Source: the human T2T-CHM13v2.0 reference genome, Homo sapiens
DNA length: 64,000 bases
Assembly: GCF_009914755.1 (NCBI RefSeq)
Contig: NC_060931.1
Reading direction: 5' to 3' (one strand)
Below the pieces are notes generated by a model that saw nothing but the letters and a program-made list of their open reading frames with translations, was not told where the DNA came from and ran no database searches. The position numbers and the translations under genes are program-made. Shown in pieces: positions 37,836 to 49,424 of the stretch. How positions within the stretch are numbered: the stretch's first letter is position 1; each line of letters begins with the position of its first letter.

Positions 37836-39221
37836 TTACATTTTGGCATGATTTTGCAGCGGCTGGTACCGGTTGTTCCTTTCCATGTTTAGTGCTTCCT
37901 TCAGGAGCTCTTTTAGGGCAGGCCTGGTGGTGACAAAATCTCTCAGCATTTGCTTGTCTGTAAAGTATTTTATTTCTCCTTCACTTATGAAGCTTAGTTT
38001 GGCTGGATATGAAATTCTGGGTTGAAATTCTTTTCTTTAAGAATGTTGAATATTGGCCCCCACTCTCTTCTGGCTTGTAGAGTTTCTGCCGAGAGATCCG
38101 CTGTTAGTCTGATGGGCTTCCCTTTGTGAGAAGAAGGCTTCAGACGATCATACTACGAGCTACAGGAGGAAATTCAAACCAAAGGTAAAGAAGTTAAAAA
38201 CTTTGAAAAAATTGAGACGAATGTATAGCTAGAATAACCAATAGAGAGAAGTGCTTAAAGGAGCTGATGGAGCTGAAAGCCAAGCCTTGAGAACTACGTG
38301 AAGAATGCAGAAGCCTCAGGAGCTGATGCGATCAACTGGAAGAAAGGGTATCAGTGATGGAAGATGAAATGAATGAAATGAAGTGAGAAGGGAAGTTTAG
38401 AGAAAAAAGAATAAAAAGAAATGAACAAAGCCTCCAAGAAATATGGGACTATGTGAGAAGACCAAATCTACGTCTGATTGGTGTACCTGAAAGTGACGAG
38501 GAGAAACCCGACCTTTCTCTCTGGCTGCTCTTAACATTTTTTCCTTCATTTTAACTTTGGTGAATCTGACAATTATGTGTCTTGGAGTTGCTCTTCTCGA
38601 GGAGTATCTTTGTGGCGTTCTCTGTATTTCCTGAATCTGAATGTTGGCCTGCCTTGCTAGATTGGGGAAGTTCTCTTGGATAATATCCCGCAGAGTGTTT
38701 TCCAACTTGGTTCCATTCTCCCCATCACTTTTAGGTACACCAATCAGACGTAGATTTGGTCTTTTCACATAGTCCCATATTTCTTGGAGTCTTTGTTCGT
38801 TTCTTTTTATTCTTTTTTCTCTAAACTTCCTTTCTCGCTTCATTTCATTCATTTCATTTTCCATCACTGATACCCTCTCTTCCACTTGATCGCATTGGCT
38901 CCTGAGGCTTCTGCATTCTTCACATAGTTCTCGAGGCTTGGCTTTCAGCTTCATCAGCTCCTTTAAGCACTTCTCTCTATTGGTTATTCTAGTTATACAT
39001 TCATCTAAATTTTTTTCAAAGTTTTTAACTTCTTTGCCTTTGGTTTGAATTTCCTCCTGTAGCTCGTAGTTTGATCGTCTGAAGCCTTCTTCTCTCAACT
39101 CGTCAAAGTCATTCTCTGTCCACCTTTGTTCCATTGCTGGTGAGGAACTGCAATCCTTTGGAGGAGGAGAGGTGCTCTGCTTTTTAGAGTTTCCAGTTTT
39201 TCTGCTCTGTTTTTTCCCCAT
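37836..39221 (-). pseudogene. L1 ORF1p, disrupted by an inverted insertion
   Basis: MGKKQSRKTGNSK... matches ORF1p up to REKGRV, then reads into the inverted segment. Natural stop (aaaatgtaa) at 37836. Confidence 0.95.
38128..39094. repeat. Long inverted repeat: arms 38128-38505 and 38716-39094, 210-bp spacer
   Basis: Arm 1 is the reverse complement of arm 2, with about 22 differences in ~378 bp by hand alignment. Confidence 0.96.
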
Positions 39222-40247
39222 CTTTGTGGTTTTATCTACTTTTGGTCTTTGATGATGGTGATCTACATATGGGTTTTTGGTGTGGATATCCTTTCTGTTT
39301 GTTAGTTTTCCTTCTAACAGACAGGACCCTCAGCTGCAGGTCTGTTGGAGTTTGCTAGAGGTCCACTCCAGACCCTGATTGCCTGGGTATGAGCAGTGGT
39401 GTCTTCAGAACAGTGGTTTTTCATGAACCGCGAATGCTGCTGTCTGATCGTTCCTCTGGAAGTTTTGTCTCAGAGGAGTACCGGCCTTGTGAGGTGTCAG
39501 TCTGCTCCTACTGGGGGTTGCCTCCCAGTTAGGCTGCTCAGGGGTCAGAGGTCAGGGACCCACTTGAGGAGGCAGTCTGCCCGTTCTCAGATCTCCAGCT
39601 GCGTGCTGGGAGAACCACTGCTCTCTTCAAAGCTGTCAGACAGGGACACTTAAGTCTGCAGAGGTTACTGCTGTCTTTTTGTTTGTCTCTGCCCTGCCCC
39701 CATAGGTGGAGCCTACAGAGGCAGGCAGGCCTCCTTGAGCTGTGGTGGGCTCCACCCAATTGGAGCTTCCTGGCTGCTTTGTTTACCTAAGCAAGCCTGG
39801 GCAATGGCGGGCGCCCCTCCCACAGCCTCGCTGCTGCCTTGCAGTTTGATCTCAGACTGCTGTGCTAGCAATCAGTGAGACTCCGTGGGCGTAGGACCCT
39901 CCGAGCCAGGTGTGGGATATAATCTCCTGGTGCGCCGCTTTTTAAGCCCGTCGGAAAAGCGCAGTATTAAGGTGGGAGTGACCCAATTTTCCAGGTGCCA
40001 TCTGTCACCCCTTTCTTTGACTAGGAAAGGGAACTCCCTGACCCCTTGCACTTTCCAAGTGAGGCAATGCCTCGCCCTGCTTTGGCTCATGCACAGTGCG
40101 CTGCACCCTCTGTCCTGCGCCCACTGTCTGGCACTCCCTAGTGAGATGAACCCGATACCTCAGATGGAAATGCAGAAATCACCCGTCTTCCGCGTTGCTC
40201 ACGCTGGGAGCTGTAGACTGGAGCTGTTCCTATTCGGCCATCTTGGG
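39222..40247 (-). promoter_or_regulatory. L1 5'UTR (internal sense promoter with YY1 site, antisense promoter region)
   Basis: YY1 motif caagatggcc intact at 40236-40245, with only the leading G-rich ~10 nt missing. Activity is unknown. Confidence 0.8.
39804..39878 (+). pseudogene. L1 ORF0, truncated after 24 codons
   Basis: ATG at 39804 gives MAGAPPTASLLPCSLISDCCASNQ then TGA (CGA>TGA). The rest of ORF0 is visible in ORF 39885 (GVGPSEPGVGY..). Confidence 0.85.
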
Positions 40248-40253
40248 CCTTTA

Positions 40254-40577
<324 letters not shown>

Positions 40578-42414
40578 TTATCAGACCTTTATAATCTGGA
40601 ATGTTTTAGGGCCAGTCCTAGTCCCTCTTCTCTTCTAACTACTTGGTCTCCTAGATGGTATCTTGTCTCCCAGCCTTAAATATCTTCTATTACTGATAAT
40701 TTAAATCTTTTATTGTCAACTTATAGTCAACTAGCAATAGGGAGTTTTAATAGTTTAGTCTTGTAAAAAATGGAACCACAATATCCCATCACAAACTTGT
40801 CCCTTTCCAAGTCTTCTGTAATTTCAGTAAAAATGACTCTTTCATCAACTGGTATCCAGTTCTTTATACCTTAAAACCATTTCTCAAATCCATCCAGTCA
40901 TCTCTATTTTCACTGTCTCCAACCAAATCCGGCTAGGATTATCTTTCACCTGGAAAAATGAAAATAGCCTCAAATCTTATCTTCCTGCTTCTCTTCTAAC
41001 CCTTCCCAAATCCATTCTTCACATATCAGCCACAGTGGTCATACACAACAGCGGAAGAAAGCATGTTACTCCCTTGTTTTATATCAATTTCTTGTCTTCT
41101 CATTTCTCTTAGGAAAACTTCAGACATTTTCAATCTCTTTCAAGCATATTGATAGGCCTGTATCCTCCTCCAGTTTTATCTCGTATGGCTCACCATCTCC
41201 AATAGTCTCCAGACAATCTGTTCTCCATTCTGATTATTCAGCACACAAAACCTTTCCTACCTCAGAGCCTTTGCAATTGCCATTCTTTATGCTTGGAATG
41301 CTCCTCCCTCAGCTCATATTATGGTTGGCTCTTATTTATCATTTTTTCTTGACACATATACCAATGCTACCTCCTAAGAGATTCCTTTTTTAATGACCAC
41401 AAAGTTCACTTCTCCCACTCTTCTGTTTCACATCCTCTTGTTTATTTTTCTTGAAGTCTTAATCAAAATTTGGAAATGTCTCATTTAGACATTTATTTGT
41501 TTGTTATTTGCCTTACTGTTAGTATTTGTGATCAAAATAGGTACCTTGTCTCCATAGTGCCTGAAACATAGTAGGCATTAAGTGTTTTCTGAATCCTGGG
41601 TCAAAGGATCTTATAGTTGGCTTTGGGAAAGCAAGAGACATAAAAGCTACAGTATTAGTTGAAGAGAAACATCAAGTAAGATTAAAAAGCAGAGCCTAAT
41701 TAAGTTCCATGTGAAATGGATGGATAAGAATTTTTATAAGCATTAAAAAAGGGGGAAAGCTTTTGTAAGAAAAAAGGAAATATAGATATTAATTAGAGGG
41801 AGATAATGAGAGCCATGTTTTATAAAAGGGGAAATTCAGGATTTTGAAGATATGAATTAAGTAAATAGTTTGACATGATGCAGGATTTAAAGGTGAAAGA
41901 GTTGCAATCTTAGGATTAGATTACATTTTTAAGGCTTTAAATGCTAGGTTGAGAAATCTGGACTTTTCATTGAGCAAAGAATCAGTAAAATACTGGGCAA
42001 AGAAGCAGTGGTTGGTATGATATATTAGAGGATAATTTAATGAAGCAGTCAATCACAAGTGAAATAAAGAAGAGATGATGTAGAAGGAATGATTAGGAAA
42101 CTATTATACCGATACATGAAAGCATTGGTTAGAAACAGAGTAGCAGCGACTATGGAATGGAAAGGAAGGAATGCATGTAGAAGACATTTCAGAATAACTG
42201 GCAAGAATTGTTGATTAAATATGAATTGAATAATCATGACAGTGAATGAAAGATTACCAGAAGGCCATTGTTGCCAGAGGAAAAAAAAGACAAAATTGAG
42301 CCTTGGTCAAATACCTATGTATTTTAAAGGGAAAAACAGTATCATTAGTCACAGGTCATATAGTTGTGTACTTAAAACATTCGGAATAATCTATGAATGC
42401 ACAATTAAAATTAA

Positions 42415-42790
42415 AAAGTGAATTTATGTATGCTGGATGTAAAGCCAATATATAAGAATACATTTTAAAATAAATAAACTTTAAAATATATTACACTAGC
42501 AGACAACAATAGGCAATAAAATTTAATAAGATTTCACAAATAACAGCATCAACAAACATCAAATTCCTAGGAAAAAACTGAATGAAAGCTGTGAAAAACC
42601 TCTACACAGAAAACTACAAAACTTTATTAAAGAGGAATTAAATAAATGAGGTCATAACCTCTGCTCTTAGATTGTAATATTGTAAAGATATTAGTTCTTC
42701 CCCAAATCTATAGATTCAATACAATATCAATCAAAACAAATTTCTGGGAATGGACAAACTTATTCTAAAATTAATCTGGAAAGGCAGAAT
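42415..42790 (+). mobile_element. Old L1M ORF2 remnant (sense strand)
   Basis: tgtgaaaaacctctacacagaaaactacaaaac..atattgtaaagat..atctatagattcaatacaat..acaaacttattctaaaatt. Confidence 0.75.
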
Positions 42791-42989
42791 GGTGCTTGGG
42801 CTGTGTGCTGAAGAGGGCTTTGTGCAGTGCTGATAACACCAAGGTTGCAGTGAGCTAACTTGCCGGTGTTTGGTGATGAGTTGAGTGCAGGAGGGCTACA
42901 TGTCCTGGACGATGAAGAAAGGCAGACAGACATAGCTTATCTGCTTTTTCTTTGTGCCTTCCCCTGCTACTGTCAGCCTGACCTCTTTT

Positions 42990-44008
42990 CTTTTATTATA
43001 ACTCCACAGCCATGTGACTTGATCTGGCCAATCAAACACCTGCAAAGTTGATGTTGGTACAGGTTTAAGAAAGTGCTTGTACATTTCTGTTTCCTTTTTC
43101 AACATCTTGCCACTACTATGAGAACACATGTAGGCTGATCTGCTGTGGGAATGCGTGTATTAGTCTGTCTGCATTGCTATAAAAAACACCTGAAGTTGGG
43201 TAATTTATAAAGAAAAGAGGTTTATTTGGCTCACAGTTCTGAAGGCTATACACAAAGCATGGTGCCAACATCTGCTTCTGGTGAAGCCTCAAGAAACAAT
43301 CATGGCAGAAAGGGGAGCTGTCATATCACATGGAGCAAGAAACAGAGGTGGAGGTGCCAGGCTCTTTTGAACACCAGATCTCTTGTGAACTCATTACCAC
43401 AGGGAAAGCACCAAGCCATTCATGAGGAATCCACTCCCATGACCGAAACACCTCCTACCAGGCCACACCTCCAGCACTGGGGATTACATCACAACATGAG
43501 ATTTGGAGGGGAAAAACATCCAAACTATATTAATGTGAGATGAATTTTTTTTCACATATTTATTTGTGTATTTACATTTAAAGTCTACACACATATAAGC
43601 CCTTAACATATAGAAACAGCTCTGAGACACAGTGTTCCCTTTTTTTTCTTATGTCTCTCATAGAAAATAAATGGTTAAGGAGGACTAGAAAAAAACAAAC
43701 TTAACAGGAGTATGGGACAGACATTGATAGCATGGCTAAGGGGATGCCAAGGAAGTAAAAATACAAATCCATACAAAAATCTTTAATGCTTAATGTATCA
43801 TTTCAGCTAAGGCCACCTTAGACTCGCTAGTCTCCAGCTCAGCAGCCAGCTAACCAAAGATAGATGAATGAACCCCGCAGTGATCAGCCAAACCTAGCAC
43901 AGATCAGCAGAACTGCCTATTGACCCATAGACACGTGAGAAGTAAAAATGGCTGCCATTTAAACAAGTTTTGATGTGGATTGTTAATCAATGATAGCTAA
44001 CTGATATA
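42990..44008 (+). mobile_element. Old MLT1 (F/G/H-like) LTR, interrupted
   Basis: cagccatgtgacttgatctggccaat at the left. cagatcagcagaactgcc..gacccatagac..gatagctaactgata at the right. Confidence 0.6.
43156..43532 (-). mobile_element. MaLR solo LTR (MSTB-like)
   Basis: tgtattagtc..gggtaatttataaagaaaagaggtttatttggctcac..aacatgagatttggagggg..catccaaactatat. 5-bp TSD atgcg/atgtg. Confidence 0.9.
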
Positions 44009-44239
44009 ATGAAGGAGATATAGGACTAAACAAAACACACAGAAACCCTGCCTCCATGTTTCTTGTTCCCCAGTAATAAGTAGGCTGTATGTCAGGTGAT
44101 GATAAATGCTATGGTAAACTTAAAGGAGTGTAAGATACATAGGGAGATTTGCTTCAACACAGCTAAATTATGTATGTATAATAAATAATATTTCATGTTT
44201 AAATCACAAAAATAAACTTTTCCCACAATTTCCCTTTTT

Positions 44240-45410
44240 TAAAAAATAAACTTTTTACTTTAGAGAAGTTTTGGATTTATAGAAGAAATTGTGAAGATAG
44301 TTCCGAGAGTTCTCGTATACTCCATGCCCAGCTTCTCCTATTTCTAACGTCTTATATTAGTATTGCACATTTGTTAAAATTAAGGAGTCATTACTGATAA
44401 ATCATTAAGGCCATATGCCATTCAGGGTTCCTTAGTTTCTACCTAATGTCGTTGATCTGTTCTAGAATCCCATCCAAGGTCGTGTTATATTTAGTCCCCA
44501 TGTATCCTTTGGATCATCTTCACTCTTGCAGTTTCTCTGAATTTTCCTAGGTTTTGATGACTGACAGTTTTGAGGAATATTGGTCAGTTATTTTGTGCTA
44601 TGTTATTTAATTTAGATTTCTTGGATGTTTTTCTCATGATTACAAGGGGGGATCGTGTTCTTGGGAGAAAGACAACAAAGTTAAAGTGCCATTGTAACCA
44701 CATCATATTGAGTACATGGTATCAACACGACTTATCATGGTTGATGTTAACCTTGATTACCTGATTGAGGGAGTGTTTGCCAGGTTTCTCTACCATGAGG
44801 TTACTCTTCTCTTTTTCCTATTTGTATTTTTTGGAATGAAGTTATCATAAGTAGCCCAGAATTAAAGAGTGGGGAGTGATGCTCCATCTCATTGAGAGGG
44901 GAGTATCTAAATAAATTATTTGGAATTCTTTGGCATGGGAAATTTGTCCTTTTTCTCCCATTTATTAACTTAATTATTTTAATATTAATGCAGATCCCTG
45001 AATATTTATTTTCTCTGTTGGGACAATCCAATACTATTTTACTTACTTTGTCGCTTGAATTGCTCCGTCTTTGGCTCTTGACAGCTATTTCATTTGGTTC
45101 CTCTGTCCCTTTGACATGCCTCCATAACTGTGTGTGGGTGGGTGGGGTGTGTGTGTGCATTGTGCATCTACTTCCTTTCTTCCTGGCACTGTAAAATGCT
45201 TCAAGATTATCTGCTATATTTCCTACCCCAGTTCTAGATTCAGCTATCTCTCTAAGGAATTGAACTCTAGTTTTAATTTTTTTTTAATTTTTTATTTTTT
45301 TTAAATTGGAGAATGGAATTAGAACTAAACTCTAGGTGCTAGGTGTGCTTATTGCTATTAGGTTGTTGTTTGCTTCTAGATTCTCAACTGACAGAATAAT
45401 GGAATATGCG
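44240..45410 (-). mobile_element. L1MC-type 3' end
   Basis: aattgtgaagatagt..gagagttc, ctgttctagaatcccatccaagg, cagttttgaggaatattggtcag motifs. Confidence 0.75.
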
Positions 45411-46663
45411 TGCATTGGCAATTGCCTTTTCAGAAATTCAGATTTTTATCTACACTTTTTTGATTATTATAGTTAAAATATATGTATATGGAAAGTAGTT
45501 TATTGTTTTCCTATAAGGACATAACCTCTGTAAGTTTGTTATTATAGTTCCCAGTAACTGGAAAGAAATGTTATATCTTCGAGAACAATTCTTAAACTTG
45601 CATGTTTAGAAAATATTTCTTCCCCACGCATCATCCTTAATAATGCTTGGTTACTGATTGTTACCTGGTAATGGTATTTAAGATACTATTGAGGCAAGTA
45701 ACACTGAATAGCTTTCACAAATCCCTTGACTTACCAATTACCAGCTTTTTTGATTAAAACCTTAAAACATCTGTTAAAGAAGACACTTAAGTAAGTGAGC
45801 CTGCACAATGCTACTTTTTATATAGCCACTTTAATATAAGGCAATGAGGGAAGAAGTCACTTTTATAGAGTAGTCAAGGAAGGACTCCCTGAAATCTTGA
45901 GGGCATATCAGAATACAAACATATGTATATTTTAAAATAGCATGGACTGGATTAAAAAACTGGAAGATAATAAAACTCCTTATTAAGCAAATCAAAGATG
46001 AGATGTTTCACAGAAGAGATTATAATAACAGAGTACTATAAGCATCAAAACATTCTAGCTCAATGTGTTAACATTATATTTTTCTCTCTGAAATATGTGT
46101 AAAATACTTTTGGGTTCCACAACTAAAGACTGTACTGAACTAAATGTTTGCATTTTCATCTCGAGTTTGTAATTATTAATATGTGCATCATTTTTTTAAG
46201 CAAAATGTTGATAAGCTCTGAAATACTAAGTTGTATAGTTCATTTTAAACCTATTAAATTGCCCCAGCATGTTATGTTACATGAGTTAAAATGCCATTTT
46301 TTATTATTATAAAATATTTTAGTTGTATAAAAATGTATAGAGATTAATATAATGAACAGCTTTGCAGTCAACACGGAGTTTAAGAAAAAAAAGTCATTAC
46401 AGATATAGTTACTGAACCTCCTTTTTTTCTTCTATTTCGTAAGCTTTTCCTCCAGACTTAATCACTATTCTGAATATGGTGTTTATCACTTTTTCATGCC
46501 CTTATGCTTTTAGGGTAAGTATGTGGATCCATAAATATCATATATGAAAGTATTTCATCTTTTCATACTTTAATATATCACTCTGTATATATCATTCTGG
46601 AACTTGCTTTTTTCATCCTCAATTATGTTTTGAAACTTGTTTGTATTTATTCCTAATTCTTCA

Positions 46664-46913
46664 TAGGGGTTAGTAAACCAGAGGCTTACTGCAGGTTAGT
46701 AAACCTGTAGGCCAAATTGAGATTGCTTCCTGATTTTGTAAATAAAGTTTTATTGGGATATGAGCCATGAAACATGGCTTTGTTTATGGATTGTCTATGA
46801 CTTCTTTTGTGCTACAGTAGCAGAATTGAGTTATTGTGACAGAAACTGTATAGCCCACGTAGCCTGAAATATTTACTATTTGATCTTTTACTGCAAAAGT
46901 TTGCTGATTTCTG
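46664..46913 (-). mobile_element. MER58A
   Basis: ttttgtaaataaagttttattgg..agcctgaaatatttactat..aaagtttgctgatttctg followed by the hAT target ctctagat. Confidence 0.85.
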
Positions 46914-48690
46914 CTCTAGATCATGCAGTTTGTTTGCTATACTGTATTCTAGTATATGGAGATTATGTAATTTGTGGACTTTATTTCGTTTTCCCCCATT
47001 CCTAGGTAATTACACTTTTTCCAATTTAAATGTCTCCAACTTTTCTTCCTGTACAGTTCCTGACTTTCACAGGCTGTCTAGTTTGATGTATCTAATATGA
47101 TATGAAATGGGAAATTATACAACTAGACTTATATGAGGAAGAGAACATTGAGAATTTTGGAAATATCTGTAAACATTACCTGTATTAGTTTAGGACATAT
47201 ATTACAGCATAGAAGTCTTGTTTTTCTCATAATTTTAATTCCTCATCTATGTTCCTGATGGTTAAGGTTTCCTTTGGGGCAGTAAAGTGTTCCTGTATTA
47301 TGTGCAATGAAACATGGCAGAGGCTTTGGAGAATGTGCAACTGAAGACATGTAGGTTGATCCCTCAGCACATAACCCATCCCCCTTGGCAAAATCTCAAC
47401 TCTGGCTATAAGACAGATACAAAAGTGTGACCGTCTAAAGAAACCAATGAAATACTCACAGCGACAGATGCCCAGCGGAAACACTTCCTGAAATAAATTA
47501 CAGATTGATGGTGGAATTGGAAAGAGAGAAGTTAATGCTGAAAAAAAAATCCTTCAGCTGTTCTTTAAAGGATCAAGAGAATGAAATACACCAGCCTGCT
47601 GGTGAACATGCACAGCAAGACCTTCCCATCGATCATCTTGTGTTCTGAAAGGCAGCAACATTATTCTGATTTCAGAATCTTGCGTTTCCTTAATGAGTTC
47701 TCTGCTGGAATATCACAATCTGTTCTATTAAATCTGTTTCAGGAGACTTAAGCAGGATTTGTATTAAAACGATTGTATATCTATCATTTTGGTAGAAGAA
47801 AAAAAATGAGACTGGCTGAAGGAGAATGCAATGTGGCTTCCCTAAACCTGAATTTATTCTATTTTTCAACCTTCTCCTCACACAAGTGCTTCCTAATGTA
47901 GGCTGAAGCCATCCATTTAAGCATGACTTATTCATGCTCCAAAATGATTGATTTAGACAGCCAATGAAATGCTGAACTCCACATTCCTATTGCTTGACAT
48001 ACTTGCACTACAGAAACTGATAGTTTAAAGCAGCAAGATTGACTATATGGAGGATCAGCCAGAATGCCAAGATGGATCAGTGACAGCCACGTTGACTTTT
48101 AAATACAGTTATGACCATAAAAGTGAGTGGGTAAGAATGGTATTATGAGAGTCCATTTATCCCTCAAGTGACTTCTGTGGAGGATTTGTTAAGTTTAAGC
48201 CACAAGAAGAAATAGTTTTCTTACCCAGGAGTTGGCAAAAGATATGATGATATTGGTAAACTGAGATCTACCTTAAATATCATGGCCAGGTCTGAGGTAT
48301 TTGTAAATAATCCAGCACGAATGAGGGTGTTAAAAGAGGCTGAAGCTAGTTTTTCCAAACGTGCACTTTTAAGGCATCATTTCTAGGGCTAATTTATTTT
48401 TAATTTTCAGTCAAAGTGAGAACAACCTATCTACAAATCCTATGAACAACCTACAACTACCTACAACCTATCATCAAATGCTAAGGTGTGGATGAAAGGA
48501 TGTTATGTTTATAAGAAAAATTAACATTTTTTTGACAAGAATTTAAAACATAACAATCCAACTATAGGTAATATTTAACTACTGTAAAGGAAACTTTAAA
48601 AGGCAGTTGACTTTGTTTCTTGTGGGACTTTCATAAGGAAATTTATAATTAGCCAAACATATTTTAGAATTGTGGAGAAAATAAGCTCAC

Positions 48691-48812
48691 CTTTTCCCTC
48701 CCTCTCTCCCTTCCTCCCTTCCTTCCTTCCTTCCTTCCTCCCTTCCTTCCTTCCTTTCTTCTATCCCTCCTGCTTCCCTTTCCTTCTTCCCTATCCATTT
48801 CCTTTTTCTCTT
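48691..48812. repeat. (CCTT)n pyrimidine-rich simple repeat
   Basis: ccttccttccttcc... tract. Confidence 0.9.
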
Positions 48813-49305
48813 CCACATTTATTCCAATATTTATTGGATACCATGTGTATGGGAAAATGTGCACTAAGGCTCTGGAAGGTGTGTACATGTGCAGTATGCA
48901 AATGTATGTAAATATATATGTATTTTTGCATATATGTGTTACCCAGCCTCTCTTCTTCCTGGCTTATTCTTGTGTTTTATCAGTAGCCAAATATTCTATC
49001 ACTATTGATACTGGATATATTAATTGATGAGATACGCAAGAGGTATGTATATCTCTTGTCTTCCCACAGTTTGTACCTTGTGATTTTCCTGGGGACTTTC
49101 CATTTAAATGAGTAGCCCAGGGGATTATTTTAAGGACAGAAAACAGTTCCTATATAATAGTTTGTAAAACCAGTGGAAAAGCTAAGCAGCATATGCGTCT
49201 TATCCTGTTTGTGTTGAATCTATTAAGAAACGTTTTGTGTCATCACAGGTATGTGCTGAGTTTTTATTCCCAGCATCATAAATTGTGCTGACATTAGGAA
49301 GGAGA

Positions 49306-49424
49306 AGGCAGGAGAATGGCGTGAACCCGGGAGGCAGAGCTTGCAGTGAGCTGAGATTGTGCCACTGCACTCTAGCCTGGGCGACAGAGCAAGACTCTGT
49401 CTCAAAAAAAAAAAAAAAAAAAAA
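49306..49424 (+). mobile_element. 5'-truncated AluY (right-arm end plus poly-A)
   Basis: ggcaggagaatggcgtgaacccgggaggcagagcttgcagtg ... gtctc(a)n. Confidence 0.92.

Noticed and set aside
38397-39221. 274-aa ORF as a novel protein
   Set aside because: It is ORF1p read into the inverted insertion. The new tail is antisense ORF1 and there is no evidence of expression.
46664-46712. Repeated ggttagtaaacc at the MER58A end
   Set aside because: A small local duplication of a MITE terminus with no further structure to suggest function.
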